Shown here: positions 11,430 through 22,428 of the stretch, piece by piece
Layout of the letters: the number at the start of each line of letters is the position of its first letter
How positions within the stretch are numbered: position 1 is the first letter of the stretch
Assembly (NCBI RefSeq): GCF_000143415.4
Contig: NW_003314292.1
Location: 1,619,498-1,683,497, forward strand
DNA: 64,000 nt
Origin: Selaginella moellendorffii
Taxonomy: Eukaryota > Plantae > Lycopodiophyta
Direction of reading: 5' to 3'
Position numbers and translations under genes: made by a program
The notes under the pieces: generated by a model
The model's database searches: none
Told to the model about the DNA's origin: nothing
Seen by the model: only the letters and a program-made list of their open reading frames with translations

Positions 11430-12750
11430 TGTTGCAGGGACTCCAGTTCGAGTATTCCTCGTGCCAGAAGCTGAGCGAACCTGAAAACCCCAAAGTCTGT
11501 AGTCATTCGTTTCTTGTGCTTATGTATGTTCGTTTTCTATGGACGCTTCTCGGGTGCTTCTTGCCATCATTCATAATCCGCTCTATCAGATATACTCCAC
11601 CAAGTTGTCAGCCCTCATGGCAATATCGAGAAGATTGTCATCCAGGACATACACGGCAGCTGCAAAGTTTCCTACCTTAGTGGCACACACAACGCGGGAT
11701 CTTGCGAGAGGTAGATTCACACAGGATCGTCTCCTTTCCTTCTGAGCAGCAGCAAGAAGAAAGCAGGATTTATCTGCACGTTCGAAATCAGTGGGTATGA
11801 AATTACTCGGATTCTACAATATGGAATTTATGCCACAGAAGCGCGTGATCTTGCTGCTGCCTTGAGGATCTAAGCAGCTACCTGGCCCCTTTCCCCATCC
11901 TGCTCTACCTTCCATTCGTCTTGGACGTGCGGTAAGCAATGTTTACTGAGTTACTCCACGCTGACTGGCCAGATCCAGCAGTTCAGAAATCGCTCGTTAT
12001 AGTAGTAGACTAGTAAGTGCCAAATTAACAAACTTCACAAATTCACGACAATCATTTTTATTATGTCCTTGCTGTAATCTTCTGCCAAAATGGAAGATTC
12101 AACTTTCAAACTGGAAGTTAGCATAGTTTCATGGAATGTGGAATTACATTTGCAATTCCATTTCTATCCAACTGAGGAGCATGGGACTAACCAATGAATG
12201 GGAGAGAGAACAAAAACCAGGTATTTTGTTTCTTTGGCACATTGTAAGTTGATGCCTTTTCCAGAAATCTTGATAATTATTTTGAAAGCTTTTAACACTT
12301 CATTTGCAAGCTTAATTCTTAAAAAGTCACCTTTTAGGACATGATGCAGATATGTTTTGTGATATGCAAAAGAAAAACAATGAGTACTGAGTCAATGCCT
12401 AGCACGTCCAAGGCAAGGCATTTGACCAAAATCCCAGCACTTATATTAGTGATGCTTGGGAAGAACACAGGGAAAATCTGGATAGAAACGTACTCATTAA
12501 ACATTATGCTGTGGTACCTTTGCGTTTGCATAAGAATGGATATATTGCTCACAAAAGACCAATGTAGATCACACAGACACACCAGCCAATATTTTGGAGG
12601 TGTGTGGTCATGGGATGATTTGTTCGTGAGTCTGGCCACCAGTTATCTACAGTTATAAGTCTGCCAAACTCTTGGCAGTGGCTGAGAGATGAGGGAAAAC
12701 TCAAACAGAATCAGAGTGCAAGCCATCCCATCCTTGCCCAGCTTTCCAAC
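11430..12750 (+). pseudogene. Diverged PTB (RRM) paralogue relic
   Basis: SRVLLAIIHNPLYQI followed, after a frameshift, by LHQVVSPHGNIEKIVI aligns with PTB3 RRM2 NRILLVTIHHPLYPITVDVLHQVFNPHGHVEKIV. GFICTFEI aligns with GCCTLDI. RRM3/4 traces downstream are weaker and the end coordinate is approximate. Confidence 0.6.
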
Positions 12751-12810
12751 TTTCACCAATCACCGATCTTAGTGAGCGAATGAGCCAGCACTTGCTCATC
12801 GAATAGTGTT
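11831..12810. repeat. Right arm of the ~1 kb inverted duplication (partner 984-2045)
   Basis: Reverse-complement match over the whole length, with indels. Confidence 0.9.
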
Positions 12811-13549
12811 GCGGGCAGCTGGATGGAAAATGGGCGAGATGAGCCCAATTCTTGACCACCCCTGGTGACCTCTCGCGCACCCAGTAGGGTCTCAGGCCTG
12901 AATCACGTATCCAATTTCTCTAATGTGGATTGAGGAAAATTTAGGTTAATGTTTGTATAAAATGCCAACTTGTTGAAGGGTTCAAATTCTTTGCGAACTA
13001 GCATAATAAAAATTATACTATTTATAATATGGAAAATCATAAAATTAATGAGCATACAATGCATATGTTTAATATTAGAAATATGCCAGACTAAAGAGTA
13101 GGGATACAAGAAAGTTTTAGGGCACACTATTTCAGTTGTTAAAAGGAGGGAAAGGAAAAATTCTTGATCTTGGATAAACTGAAGTTTTGTATAAGTTATC
13201 ATCCTCTCGTATGTTAATGCTTAGGTTAAGGATTATTTACAATACTATGTCATGGCAAATTAATGCAATTGGATTACAATATAAATATATTATAATATAT
13301 TTCATAGCATTATTGGCTATTCTTCATAAGAGTTAAATGAGGTCCCTTAAAAGATAGTTGTCCCAAAAAGGAAAGCAAATAAACTAAAATATTGGTATCC
13401 ACAATGCTGGTGAAGTGAACTTCTTGACATCCAGATATAAGTTGAAATTGCTGAAATGGTATCTCAATGGATAAATGTTACCCAAAAACTATATTAAGAT
13501 TAATGGAATTTAATATTTTTACACACAAGTATACTAAATAAGTAATATA

Positions 13550-13740
13550 CAATGTTAGCTAGGAAAATGTTTGTTTGTATGCCTTAAATTTTTAGTGAAT
13601 TCTCTCAAGATACCAATAGATTTTATTTGTAATGCAAGAGACTTGATACTTTCTATTATTTTGTATGGAATTATTAAATCCTACATAACATCCAATCAAA
13701 AGCATTTGATCAAACTATAATAGAATGAAGTTTATATTAT
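13550..13740. repeat. Degenerate direct repeat (partner 14910-15030) derived from the 5' end of the PPR gene at 685-812
   Basis: The blocks tgtRtgccttaa...gtgRat, atttgYaatgcaagaga and tggaat are shared among 685-812, 13570-13680 and 14935-15010. Confidence 0.6.
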
Positions 13741-13824
13741 ACTTCAAGGTTATATATCTTCAATTTAGAAATGAAATATTATAAGATATCTATATGGAAA
13801 ACACAACAATTGAAATAATATACC

Positions 13825-14733
13825 CTATGGCCATTGTTTAATTAAGCTATTTGTTAATGTATTATATAAAGATATCTTACCAATGTCTTCAATTATAATT
13901 GCACTTTCTGTTGTAATTTTACTATTAGTGTTTGAAGTCCATATTATATTGTGGATATCATCATAAATAAAAAAGTTTTGATTGGTGTCTAAAATACAAT
14001 AGCAATTAAATCCTAAATTTTTTGTTTTAGTTTCCCATATTTTTTTGGTTAAAAAGTAAAATGCTAAATTACAATCTTTTTCCATTTTTAATTTATACAT
14101 TGCATTTGGTGAAACAATAGAGTTTTTTGAGAGAAGATAAGATCCAATATCATTTATATTTCCACTTACCAAGGATGATCTATAAATCCAACAGTCATTA
14201 TCATTTGTATTTATCTAATAACATCATAAAATATTTTAGTAGATCATTAAAACATTTATTATTACCTTTTGTATAGTGGTATTATTTATGTTTTTTAATG
14301 AATCGCGATAGTAAAGATGTACTCTATATTCTAATCCTAGAAATTCATGTACTGCTTTAATACGGGCATATAATCCATTTTGGGCTTCCTCCAAAACAGC
14401 TAAAAGAAGTGTTTTAAAAACTATTTTAAATGTCTCACCACTAACTTTTATTTGTGGACCAATAAGACTGCAAGAATTATTAAAATTAAAAGCATAGATA
14501 TGAATTTTAACATTTATTTGAATTACAGATACCCCTATACATTCAATAGGAAAAACTCCAGTTCTTAAAATTGTCCCATTTAGAATTGAATTAAGGAAAC
14601 AATTAATTGTTTCTTCTATAGTAAACACATCATTTATTGTAATTCTACCTGGAACTGTTTTCTGTATAAAATTTACTGTTTCCACTATGAAAAATAATAA
14701 AGAAAAAAATATTACAAAAATAAAGTACGTCAT
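13825..14733 (-). CDS. Secreted protein: signal peptide, unknown ~150-aa domain, bulb-type (GNA/B-) lectin domain; join(14266..14733,13825..14214), 285 aa
   Basis: Hydrophobic N-terminus MTYFIFVIFFSLLFFIVETV. A 51-nt phase-0 GT-AG intron (14215-14265) joins the two ORFs in frame. The C-terminal SIVSPNAMYKLKMEKDCNLAFY...IWETKT...NFFIYD...IIWTSNT is the B-lectin pattern. Confidence 0.75.
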
Positions 14734-14909
14734 ACTTCTTACCAAGAAAGGAACTAAATTTTAACCTATTTAAAGACATTGCATAAAAAGTTCAAATAAA
14801 ACATCTAAAGCTTTAATTTTTTTTTCCTTTATATCTTTATATGATTCCTATGACACAAATGCTTAAAATAGAAGAGATGGAATTTCAGCAATCTCATATT
14901 AGATAGGTA

Positions 14910-15030
14910 AAATATAACGTTAGCGTTTGCTGGAGTTCCTTGTGTGCCTTAATTTTTGAGTGAATCCTCGAGATATCATTTGCAATGCAAGAGATGGAAT
15001 TATTAAATCAACTATGGAAGTTTATATCAT
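14910..15030. repeat. Degenerate direct repeat (partner 13550-13740)
   Basis: ccttgtgtgccttaa...atttgcaatgcaagagat...tggaattattaaatc matches both the left copy and 690-780. Confidence 0.6.
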
Positions 15031-15203
15031 AACAAAAGAATAAAATAAACTTCCAACAAGGTCACATGAAGAGAATGGTATTAATGTCTGTTCTTGTCGA
15101 TCCAGCAATTCGAGAAAAACTTATACGTCCGGCACGGCTAGCTTGTCTAGGGGCCCAGGTGTACAAGCAGCTCGGCCAAATCTCTTTCACGGGACCACAC
15201 CCG

Positions 15204-17607
15204 TCAGATGTTGGAGAGCTTGGAGAAGGCCAGTCGCACGGTGGATTTCTTCACCACCGTCGCGTGCTTGCACACCAGCGCTTCCGTCGCCTGTTCCTCG
15301 TTGTCAAAGTGGACCAGCGCTTGCTTCTTGCCGTTTGCCTCGAAGATCTTCACGTTGAGGATGTTGCCGTGCGGGGACAGATGGTTCATCAGGTCCACCT
15401 CGGTGATGTCCGTCGGCAGGCTCGAGACGTGGATCATCTTGGTCGGGGAGCAGCAGTACTTGTAGTTCTTGAGCGCGTTGCGGTTGAAGCGGTTCAAGTT
15501 CGATGACGAGTAGTCGTGAGTGTCTTGCGATGGATTTATCTGCGAGTGCTTAGAGAAGTTCACTTCCATTCGCTTCTCAAAGAGCATCGTTCCCTGCCAA
15601 GCAAACACGTTTGCAGAGTTTTGGAATGGAATAAATAACAATACTACTTACTCTCAAGTAGTACACTGCAAGCTCGGCTTGATAGCCATCGCCCATTTGT
15701 ATGAGTGCGTGGTCGGGCTTGTTGTGCAACATTTTTATCCGAATTATGTTTCCATAGTTGGAGAACAAGTTAAATAGTTTGTCCGCATCGACCTTCTGCC
15801 ATATTCCAAGCGTAAGGACTACTATATATTTGCCAGTGAACGTGGTTACCTCGGGAGCTAAGTTTGATACGAGAAGAGTGCATCGCTCGTTCGTACCAGT
15901 GACGCCGGGAGGAAGTGTGCCACCAGACGCAGCCGCTGCAGCAGCCGCTGACGGTGTCATTGGAACCTGACAAAACAAAGGAAGTAAAATGTCTGAAGAG
16001 AACAAGAAGGAAGAAATTTTTATGTACCTGATAGCCAAGAGGCTGAGCACCAGGAGCCTGCTGGAAGTTGACTGCAAGAGAAAGCAAAATACTTTAAACA
16101 CCTGCCAGACACACAAATTTTCTCCCACCTATTTGTCCAGCCGGTCTCGGAGGCATAGCGTAGATGTTACCGTCCAAAAGAGACTGTTGAAGCAGAACGT
16201 TTGCCTAAGTTGACGAAGGCGCTTAATGCTCGGAATCGCCAAACCAAAAATAAAAAACTCACCATCATGTTATTACCCCCAGGCGGGTTCTGAGATCGCC
16301 CAGGCTCGTTTGGTAGAGAACTATTTGTGTAGTCCCTGCAATATTTATCCGCTAAAGCATCAAACAAGACAAAAAAAGAGGAAAATATCGGAGGAGGTTG
16401 GTACCTTGTCCGTTCGTTATTGAAGTTCACTTGGAGCTCCTGAAGGCTGTTATAATGTGCGACATCAGCTTGATACATGAAAGTAAGTCTTACAACGTAC
16501 TTAGAAAACTGGATGTCCAATGTACAGCAGCCGTCATAGATGTTACGCCCTTGGAGAAGGGACTTTGCGTAAACAGCACTTTGCTGATTGTTGTACTGAA
16601 TAAGCGCTTGCAGGCCTGCGTCAAAAGCACGAATGATAAAAGGCAAAAAGAAAAGTAGCTTCGCAAAATCACAAGCAACAGCAAAGCCTACGAGACAGAA
16701 TAGAAAAGAGAAATAAAAAGTTAAGAGTAGACGAGAGGAGCTAACCAGCTGACTTCTGGAACGTGACGATCTTCTCGACATGGCCATGAGGGTTAAAAAC
16801 TTGATGCAGCACATCCACGGTGATGGGATAGAGCGGGTGGTGAATAGTAACTAAGAGAATTCGGTTGGGTTGTTGATCCTGAAGAAGACCCACACCGCGT
16901 TCCAGCAAGATACAAGAGAAGACAGGAAGAGAAAAAGAAGTGAGGGAGCCAGTACTGAAGTAGAAAGCTAAAGAAAATCCAAAGCAAAAAGAAAGAAAGA
17001 AAAATTCTTGAGAACTGGTGCTTCCATCTAGAGATAAAGGCACTCAGTCCATCCTAGGAGACAAACCTGATCACCAGCCGGACGCCGAGGTTGCGTTGCT
17101 TGATCAGAAGTTGTGAGCTCCTGATGTGACGAAAACTGGATGTAAACGTTTCTACCCCTGTGGCAAGCAAGCACGGAAAAACGTCAGCTTTCACGGCCAA
17201 AACAGAAAGAAACAGCGATAGCGAGAGAGAGAGAGAGAGATAGAAAGGAAGAGAAAAAAAACCATCGAACCTCACACTCGGCTGTACCGACGTGTAGTAT
17301 TGCATCGCGCTGATGGCTGCATTCACATCTTGCATTTGCAAAAGAGCCTGCACAGAACAGTGATCTTAAACTGGCTGAAAGAACGAAAAGAAAAAAGAAA
17401 GAGCAACCATTACCTGGTTCTTCGTTCTCAGCAAGACCATCTTGCTCACTGACCCAAATGGCTGGACCAGTCCGAGCAAGTCACTCTGCAAAGGAAAGAA
17501 GAAAAAAAATTTCTCTCATTGCTCAAACAACTATAAACTCTCCTCTTTACCTCCGTTATTTCTTGCCCAACATTCCGGACGTGGAGAACCTTGGACGGCT
17601 CCGTCAT
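15204..17607 (-). CDS. PTB3: Polypyrimidine tract-binding protein, four-RRM PTB3 type, multi-exon
   Basis: Starts MTEPSKVLHVRNVGQEITE. Later exons give QPNRILLVTIHHPLYPITVDVLHQVF, GRNIYDGCCTLDIQFS, GTNERCTLLVSNL and YCCSPTKMIHVSSLP...VRLAFSKL. Short GT-AG introns restore the frame. Confidence 0.93.
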
Positions 17608-17941
17608 ATTCTCCAGTATGGCCGCAATATCGACACTACAATCAAAGAGAGGATTAGAATGGGGGACGACATTGCAGCCTAATCGCCGCCACAGCGCACA
17701 CAATGGGGAAGAGCGCGAGGGGGAGCGCGGCGAATCCCGGCGCGGACATACCGGGTTGAGAGAAGAGGCAGCGATTGACGAGCGCGCTCGATCCGGCAGG
17801 GCGATCCTTTCCAAAACCTGCAAAACCCTACTTGTACGGACGAGATCCGGCCCACATCATTATTTTGTGACCGTTTCTTATGGGGCTTAGGGTTTTAGGG
17901 ATTTTGGATTTTAGGGTTTCTAGTTTCCCTCTCGCGCGGCA
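17608..17941. promoter_or_regulatory. Compact bidirectional promoter/5' UTR region between PTB3 and NRPD7/NRPE7
   Basis: Only 334 bp separate the divergent ATGs. Telo-box-like TAGGGTTT near 17888 and 17912, site II-like GGCCCA near 17849. Confidence 0.55.
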
Positions 17942-18469
17942 ATGTGGTGGGAAATTTCGCTGCGCCGCGATGTGATCGTCCATCCCCGGCATATGGATCC
18001 TTCCGGCGGCCATCGGCGCTGGATCATCCAGACGCTGCTAGAGGATATGGAGGATCTCCAATGCAGCCGCGAGCACGGCTACTATGTCGCGCCCACGACG
18101 CTGTCCAAGGTGAGCGGGGGCATGATCAGGGAGTCCGGCGGCGTCTCCTACAAAGTGGATTTTAAGTGCATGGTCTTCAAGTTGATCAAGAACGAGATCG
18201 TGGAGCTGGAGATCGAGAATGTGAAGCAGAGTGGCGCCGAGGCCTCTTGCGGCCCTTACACTGCGATCTTTCTCCACCACAGCCTCATGACTGGGTTTGT
18301 CTACTCCAACGAGAACGGCCCGTGTTTCAAGAACAGCGATGGTGTGGTGATCTCCAAAGGTTGTGCTGTTCGAGCGAAGATCCTGGGAGGGCAGTTCATG
18401 GGCGATGGGTTCCGCTGCCTTGCGACGATAAACGACGCTCATCTCGGCGTGATCAATCCGGAAGGATAA
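17942..18469 (+). CDS. NRPD7/NRPE7: RNA polymerase IV/V seventh subunit (RPB7 paralogue), intronless
   Basis: 175-aa RPB7 fold. EHGYYVAPTTL, FKCMVFK, SCGP and ATINDAHLG resemble NRPE7-type sequences. An intronless CDS is characteristic of this retroposed paralogue. Confidence 0.8.
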   Translation: MWWEISLRRDVIVHPRHMDPSGGHRRWIIQTLLEDMEDLQCSREHGYYVAPTTLSKVSGGMIRESGGVSYKVDFKCMVFKLIKNEIVELEIENVKQSGAEASCGPYTAIFLHHSLMTGFVYSNENGPCFKNSDGVVISKGCAVRAKILGGQFMGDGFRCLATINDAHLGVINPEG

Positions 18470-19479
18470 GTTTCTCGCGGTCTCTTTTTCCTTCGACTAA
18501 AATCTTGGCTAACATTGTTTGCTCCTCGTAAGCAGTTCATGGCTATCGCAAACGAAGGTTACCTTGGAAAGTTTGATCCTTTCTCTACGAAATATATACA
18601 TATATTTTCCTTGGACTGAAACTTCGCTAACTTTGTTTGCTCGTCCATGAATGCAGAGCGAATGAGTTCCTAGAGTGTACACTGCAGGAAATGAAGGTTG
18701 GTGCTACGTAACTCTCTCAGAATACAACATTCCATCGCTCATTGTTTCTTATCTGTGACGAGGCAACAAACTGTTTCAAGTGGCATCCACTGTTGTTTTT
18801 ACTTCTTTAATGTGCCTCGGTTTTTCCTTTGCAGGACGGACGACGAAGCAACCGCTTCTCTTCTCTGTCAGTGTAAGTCATTTGCACGATGGATGGCTAC
18901 TCTTTTCTTTGCTCGATCTAATGCTATTTGGCCAGAAGTGCTGCACAACAATCCAGCCAACTGGTGCTCCGAACAAAGCGAACACGCAAAGTGAAGCAAA
19001 ATCAATCACGCTCGCGAGAATTCAGCGCTGGAGAAGCTTCAAGGACTGGGTAAGATTTCGTCCCTGTCCTGTCGGGTGTTCCGCTAAGACATAGTCATTG
19101 TTTCTTTAAGGCATTGGTTGCCTGTATTCGTGTCAGCACGAGTGAAATGAGAGGGGCCAACCAACTTAGGCCGGTGTCATGCAAACGAGATGGCCATAAT
19201 GCCCAGCTCTGACTTTTTCTCTCCTTTCTTTTTTCTCTTCCTTTTGTCAATGTGTCATAAAACTCGAGTGTAGAACCATTCAGTGTAGTTCATGAAATCC
19301 AGCGTCTCTCCAGTTGACATTGCATTTATCTCTTTTCAGTTCTGCTCTATCTCGTTTGGTTTCCTTTTTCATATTTGCTTGTTAAGAGTCAATCAGGACT
19401 TTGTCTACAGCCAACTTTGTTTTTGTGTTCTTCTTTCTTTAATCTCCTAACAAGTTATTGGTGCTGCAGTGCAGTGGGT

Positions 19480-20314
19480 TCAGGCGGCAGGAATGAAATC
19501 CAGAGGGACTCTGTTACCGCATTTTGGACAGCACAAGTTATCTTTGGAGAGCATAACGTACATGAGGCACTGCCGGCAGCCTACAGTGACCATGACAGGC
19601 CACTCCTGGGACTTTGCTCGTGCCTTTTGCCGTTTTGACTTCCTCGACTCGGCCTCGCAAGATTCAGCTCCGACTTGCGTGGTTGACGAACACGGAGACG
19701 ACGAAGAAGATGAAATCGAGACGTGAGACGGCGATGGTGGAGGTGGTGGTGGTGGCATTGCGACCTGCTGTTGCTGCTGCGAGCTGCTCATCGGCCGGAG
19801 AGTTAATCTCAAATCCAGGTCCTCGATTTCTATCTGCAGCAGTGGACGGCTACGGCCGGTCATGGAGACTGTGGAACCTCTGATATTTTCCTTGGCAGTT
19901 TGTCCCAGACCAAGCTCCAAATCCACGACAACGCCGCTACTGCTGCTGCTGCTGCTGCTGCTGGTGCCGCTCGACACCTGAATTCTTTCGCTGGACAGGT
20001 GAATTCTGTCGTGAAGTGAATTTTGCGTGAAGGACTGACTGTGCTCCAATGATTGTAGGGGAAGTCTGTGCGGTACAACGGCGTAGCTCTTGTCTCCGGA
20101 GACGCGATTCCGGAAGTAGACAACGCCAGACTGCAAACCAAAACTTCAGGGATTGAGAGAAACAGCGAACAAATCTTCTCACCTTCAAGTCAAGACATTT
20201 CTCCCACCCGGACGGAAGTGGCTGCTTGGAATCCACGATCTCCAGCAGCGAGTCGACCGACAAGGAGCTGTGATAGCTCGCCGCGGAGGATTGCGGAGGA
20301 GGACAACACTTCAT
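19480..20314 (-). CDS. CFL1: CFL1-like WW-domain protein with EAR-like motifs and C-terminal GIR1-like zinc ribbon; join(20183..20314,19480..20130)
   Basis: PLPSGWEKCLDLK|SGVVYFRN is a WW domain split by a 52-nt intron. DLELGL and LDLRLTL motifs. C-terminal GCRQCLMYVMLS...CPKC. Confidence 0.85.
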
Positions 20315-21538
20315 GGTGGCTGGACTTTGAGTGGGACTGAGGAAAAAGAGCTACTAAAGCTACATCCAACAAGCGAGACGAAAAATAAGAAAGGTGCGTC
20401 TCTCTCTGTGTGTGTTTGTGGAGTGTTTCTTTCTTTCTTTCGTCACTCTATCCCTCTTGTACTTACCAACGCCAGCTTTGTTTTTGTAGGTGGTTTCCTT
20501 TCTTTCTTTCTTTCAGCAACAAACGAGAGAGGCCCGAGCTACCGCCACCATCACCATCCACTTTGGAGGAATCAACAACCAAAATCCCTATCAAAGGCAA
20601 GCTTTTCCTTCCTTCTTTCTTTCTTAGCTTAAAGGCCCAGCGAGCTCTCTCTCGCTGGCTAGCAGGAGTTATACTAAAACACTCTCTTTTCCTTGTGTTT
20701 TTCTTTCCTTTAGTGTTCTTGGTACACTAAGAGACAGGGCAACAACGTCATGTGAAAACACACCAGTGGAAGTTGTGAAGCAAGGTCCACTGCCATGAAT
20801 GCTAATGCGACATGGCATCGCCTCATCGTCACGTCATGCCACACTATGTCACTGGCCGGGGCCCATCGCGGCCGTCGGCCCCGTGGGCGGCTCGGATGGC
20901 GTCCACGTTGCGCTCGGCCCAAGGTTCGTGGATGCTTGTTCTCTCGTTGATCATGCCATGTTTGGGTCTTTAATCAACATTGTCGTTGTTGTGTGGTGGC
21001 CTTGCAGTAATCACGTTGAAAAACTATGGAGGAGAGCTCCAAGCTTCCATGCCGCCATTAAAATCCCACGACTTGAGTGGTGGTGTGGACTGTGGAAGAG
21101 GAAGACGAAGAAGTAGCGAGTGGAATATCTCCGGGAATAATCTTGTCGTGTATCACATGAATGCATTCAAACGGACAAGGTGGCGGACGAGAAAGGTGGC
21201 GTGCAAACAAAGAGCTTGGAATGGACTTTCTGTGAGATCAAGTTCTTCGATAAATGGATCAATCTATTGATTTTGTTTGTTTGTTCCTTCGCTCCAGGGT
21301 CACTGAATGTTCCCTGTACCATACCAGCGCGTGAAAAGAAAATCTTGGATGGTCCTAGAAACAACTCGAGCTTTGCACGAATATCTACCATCGCCCAAGT
21401 GTGATCGATCGTCCATAACCATCCTTTTTTTTAATCATTATCGCCCAAGATCATGCTATTCATTGTATTTCTATAGTTTGGGGGTGGCAAGAACAACTAG
21501 TGTGACGGTTCTTCTTCCAGATGAGAGAGAGCTCACCG

Positions 21539-22428
21539 TCACAACAAATCGAGCTCCAATCGTGGCTTCTTGCTTGGCAAATCTTGGAGAGGATTGATCA
21601 CGGAGCTCCCACATTTCGGGCACCGTGGATCCGAGCGCGTGAGCATCACGTACATGAGACACCGCTTGCAGCCGGTGAGAACAACCCGGGGGCTTGGGAC
21701 GCTCGTCGATTCCTCCGCGACTACCCCCCCTCCTCTCCTGGATCGATCGTCCAATTGGATCTCCGACGATGATGTCGCCGAGGAGGTCGGGGATTTGATC
21801 GATCGCTTGAGCGCCTCCTGGACCGCCTCGATCGTGGAGATGCCCAGGCTGGGCATCGACTCCCTGGACGAGGAACCCGAGTTGGCACTAGTGCTGCCCA
21901 CGGCGAGATTGAGCTTCAAATCGACCAAATCGAACGACGAGGATGGCGATGGCGATGGCGAGCCTGACATCATCCTGTCCAGCTCCGATTGCAAATCCCA
22001 GCAGCTCGTTGCGATCGCGAATGGGTGATTGTACGTGCTCTTGCCGGTGCTGAGATTCACGTAGTAGAATTTGCCGAGCTGCGAAAAGAAAAACTCTTAG
22101 ATCAATTCAAGCGAGATGAGGAAGAACGAGTGGATGGACTTACTTTCAAATCGAGCCTCTTCTCCCAGCCGCTTGGAGCGGACATCTCCATGTCGAGCTT
22201 CAAATCGAGCGTCTCGGTGACAGGAGTCTTGGTGGAGGAAGACGAAGAGCCGCCCAAGAGATCCAAAGTCGTGGTGCTCGTCTGATCGTTGCTGGATTCG
22301 ATCGGCTGCCCAATCATGAACTGGAGGAGCTTGTTCTGATCTTCACCCCAGCCTCGCTTCTTGCCCCCTGCGCCGCCGCCAATGCCAAAGCGAGGTGACG
22401 TCCATCCGGAATCCATAGCCACTGCCAT
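21539..22428 (-). CDS. CFL1: Second CFL1-like WW/zinc-ribbon protein; join(22144..22428,21539..22078)
   Basis: PSGWEKRLDLK|LGKFYYVN with the intron (65 nt) at the same position as in the first copy. DLKLNL, GCKRCLMYVMLT...CPKC, terminal KKPRLELDLL. Confidence 0.85.
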
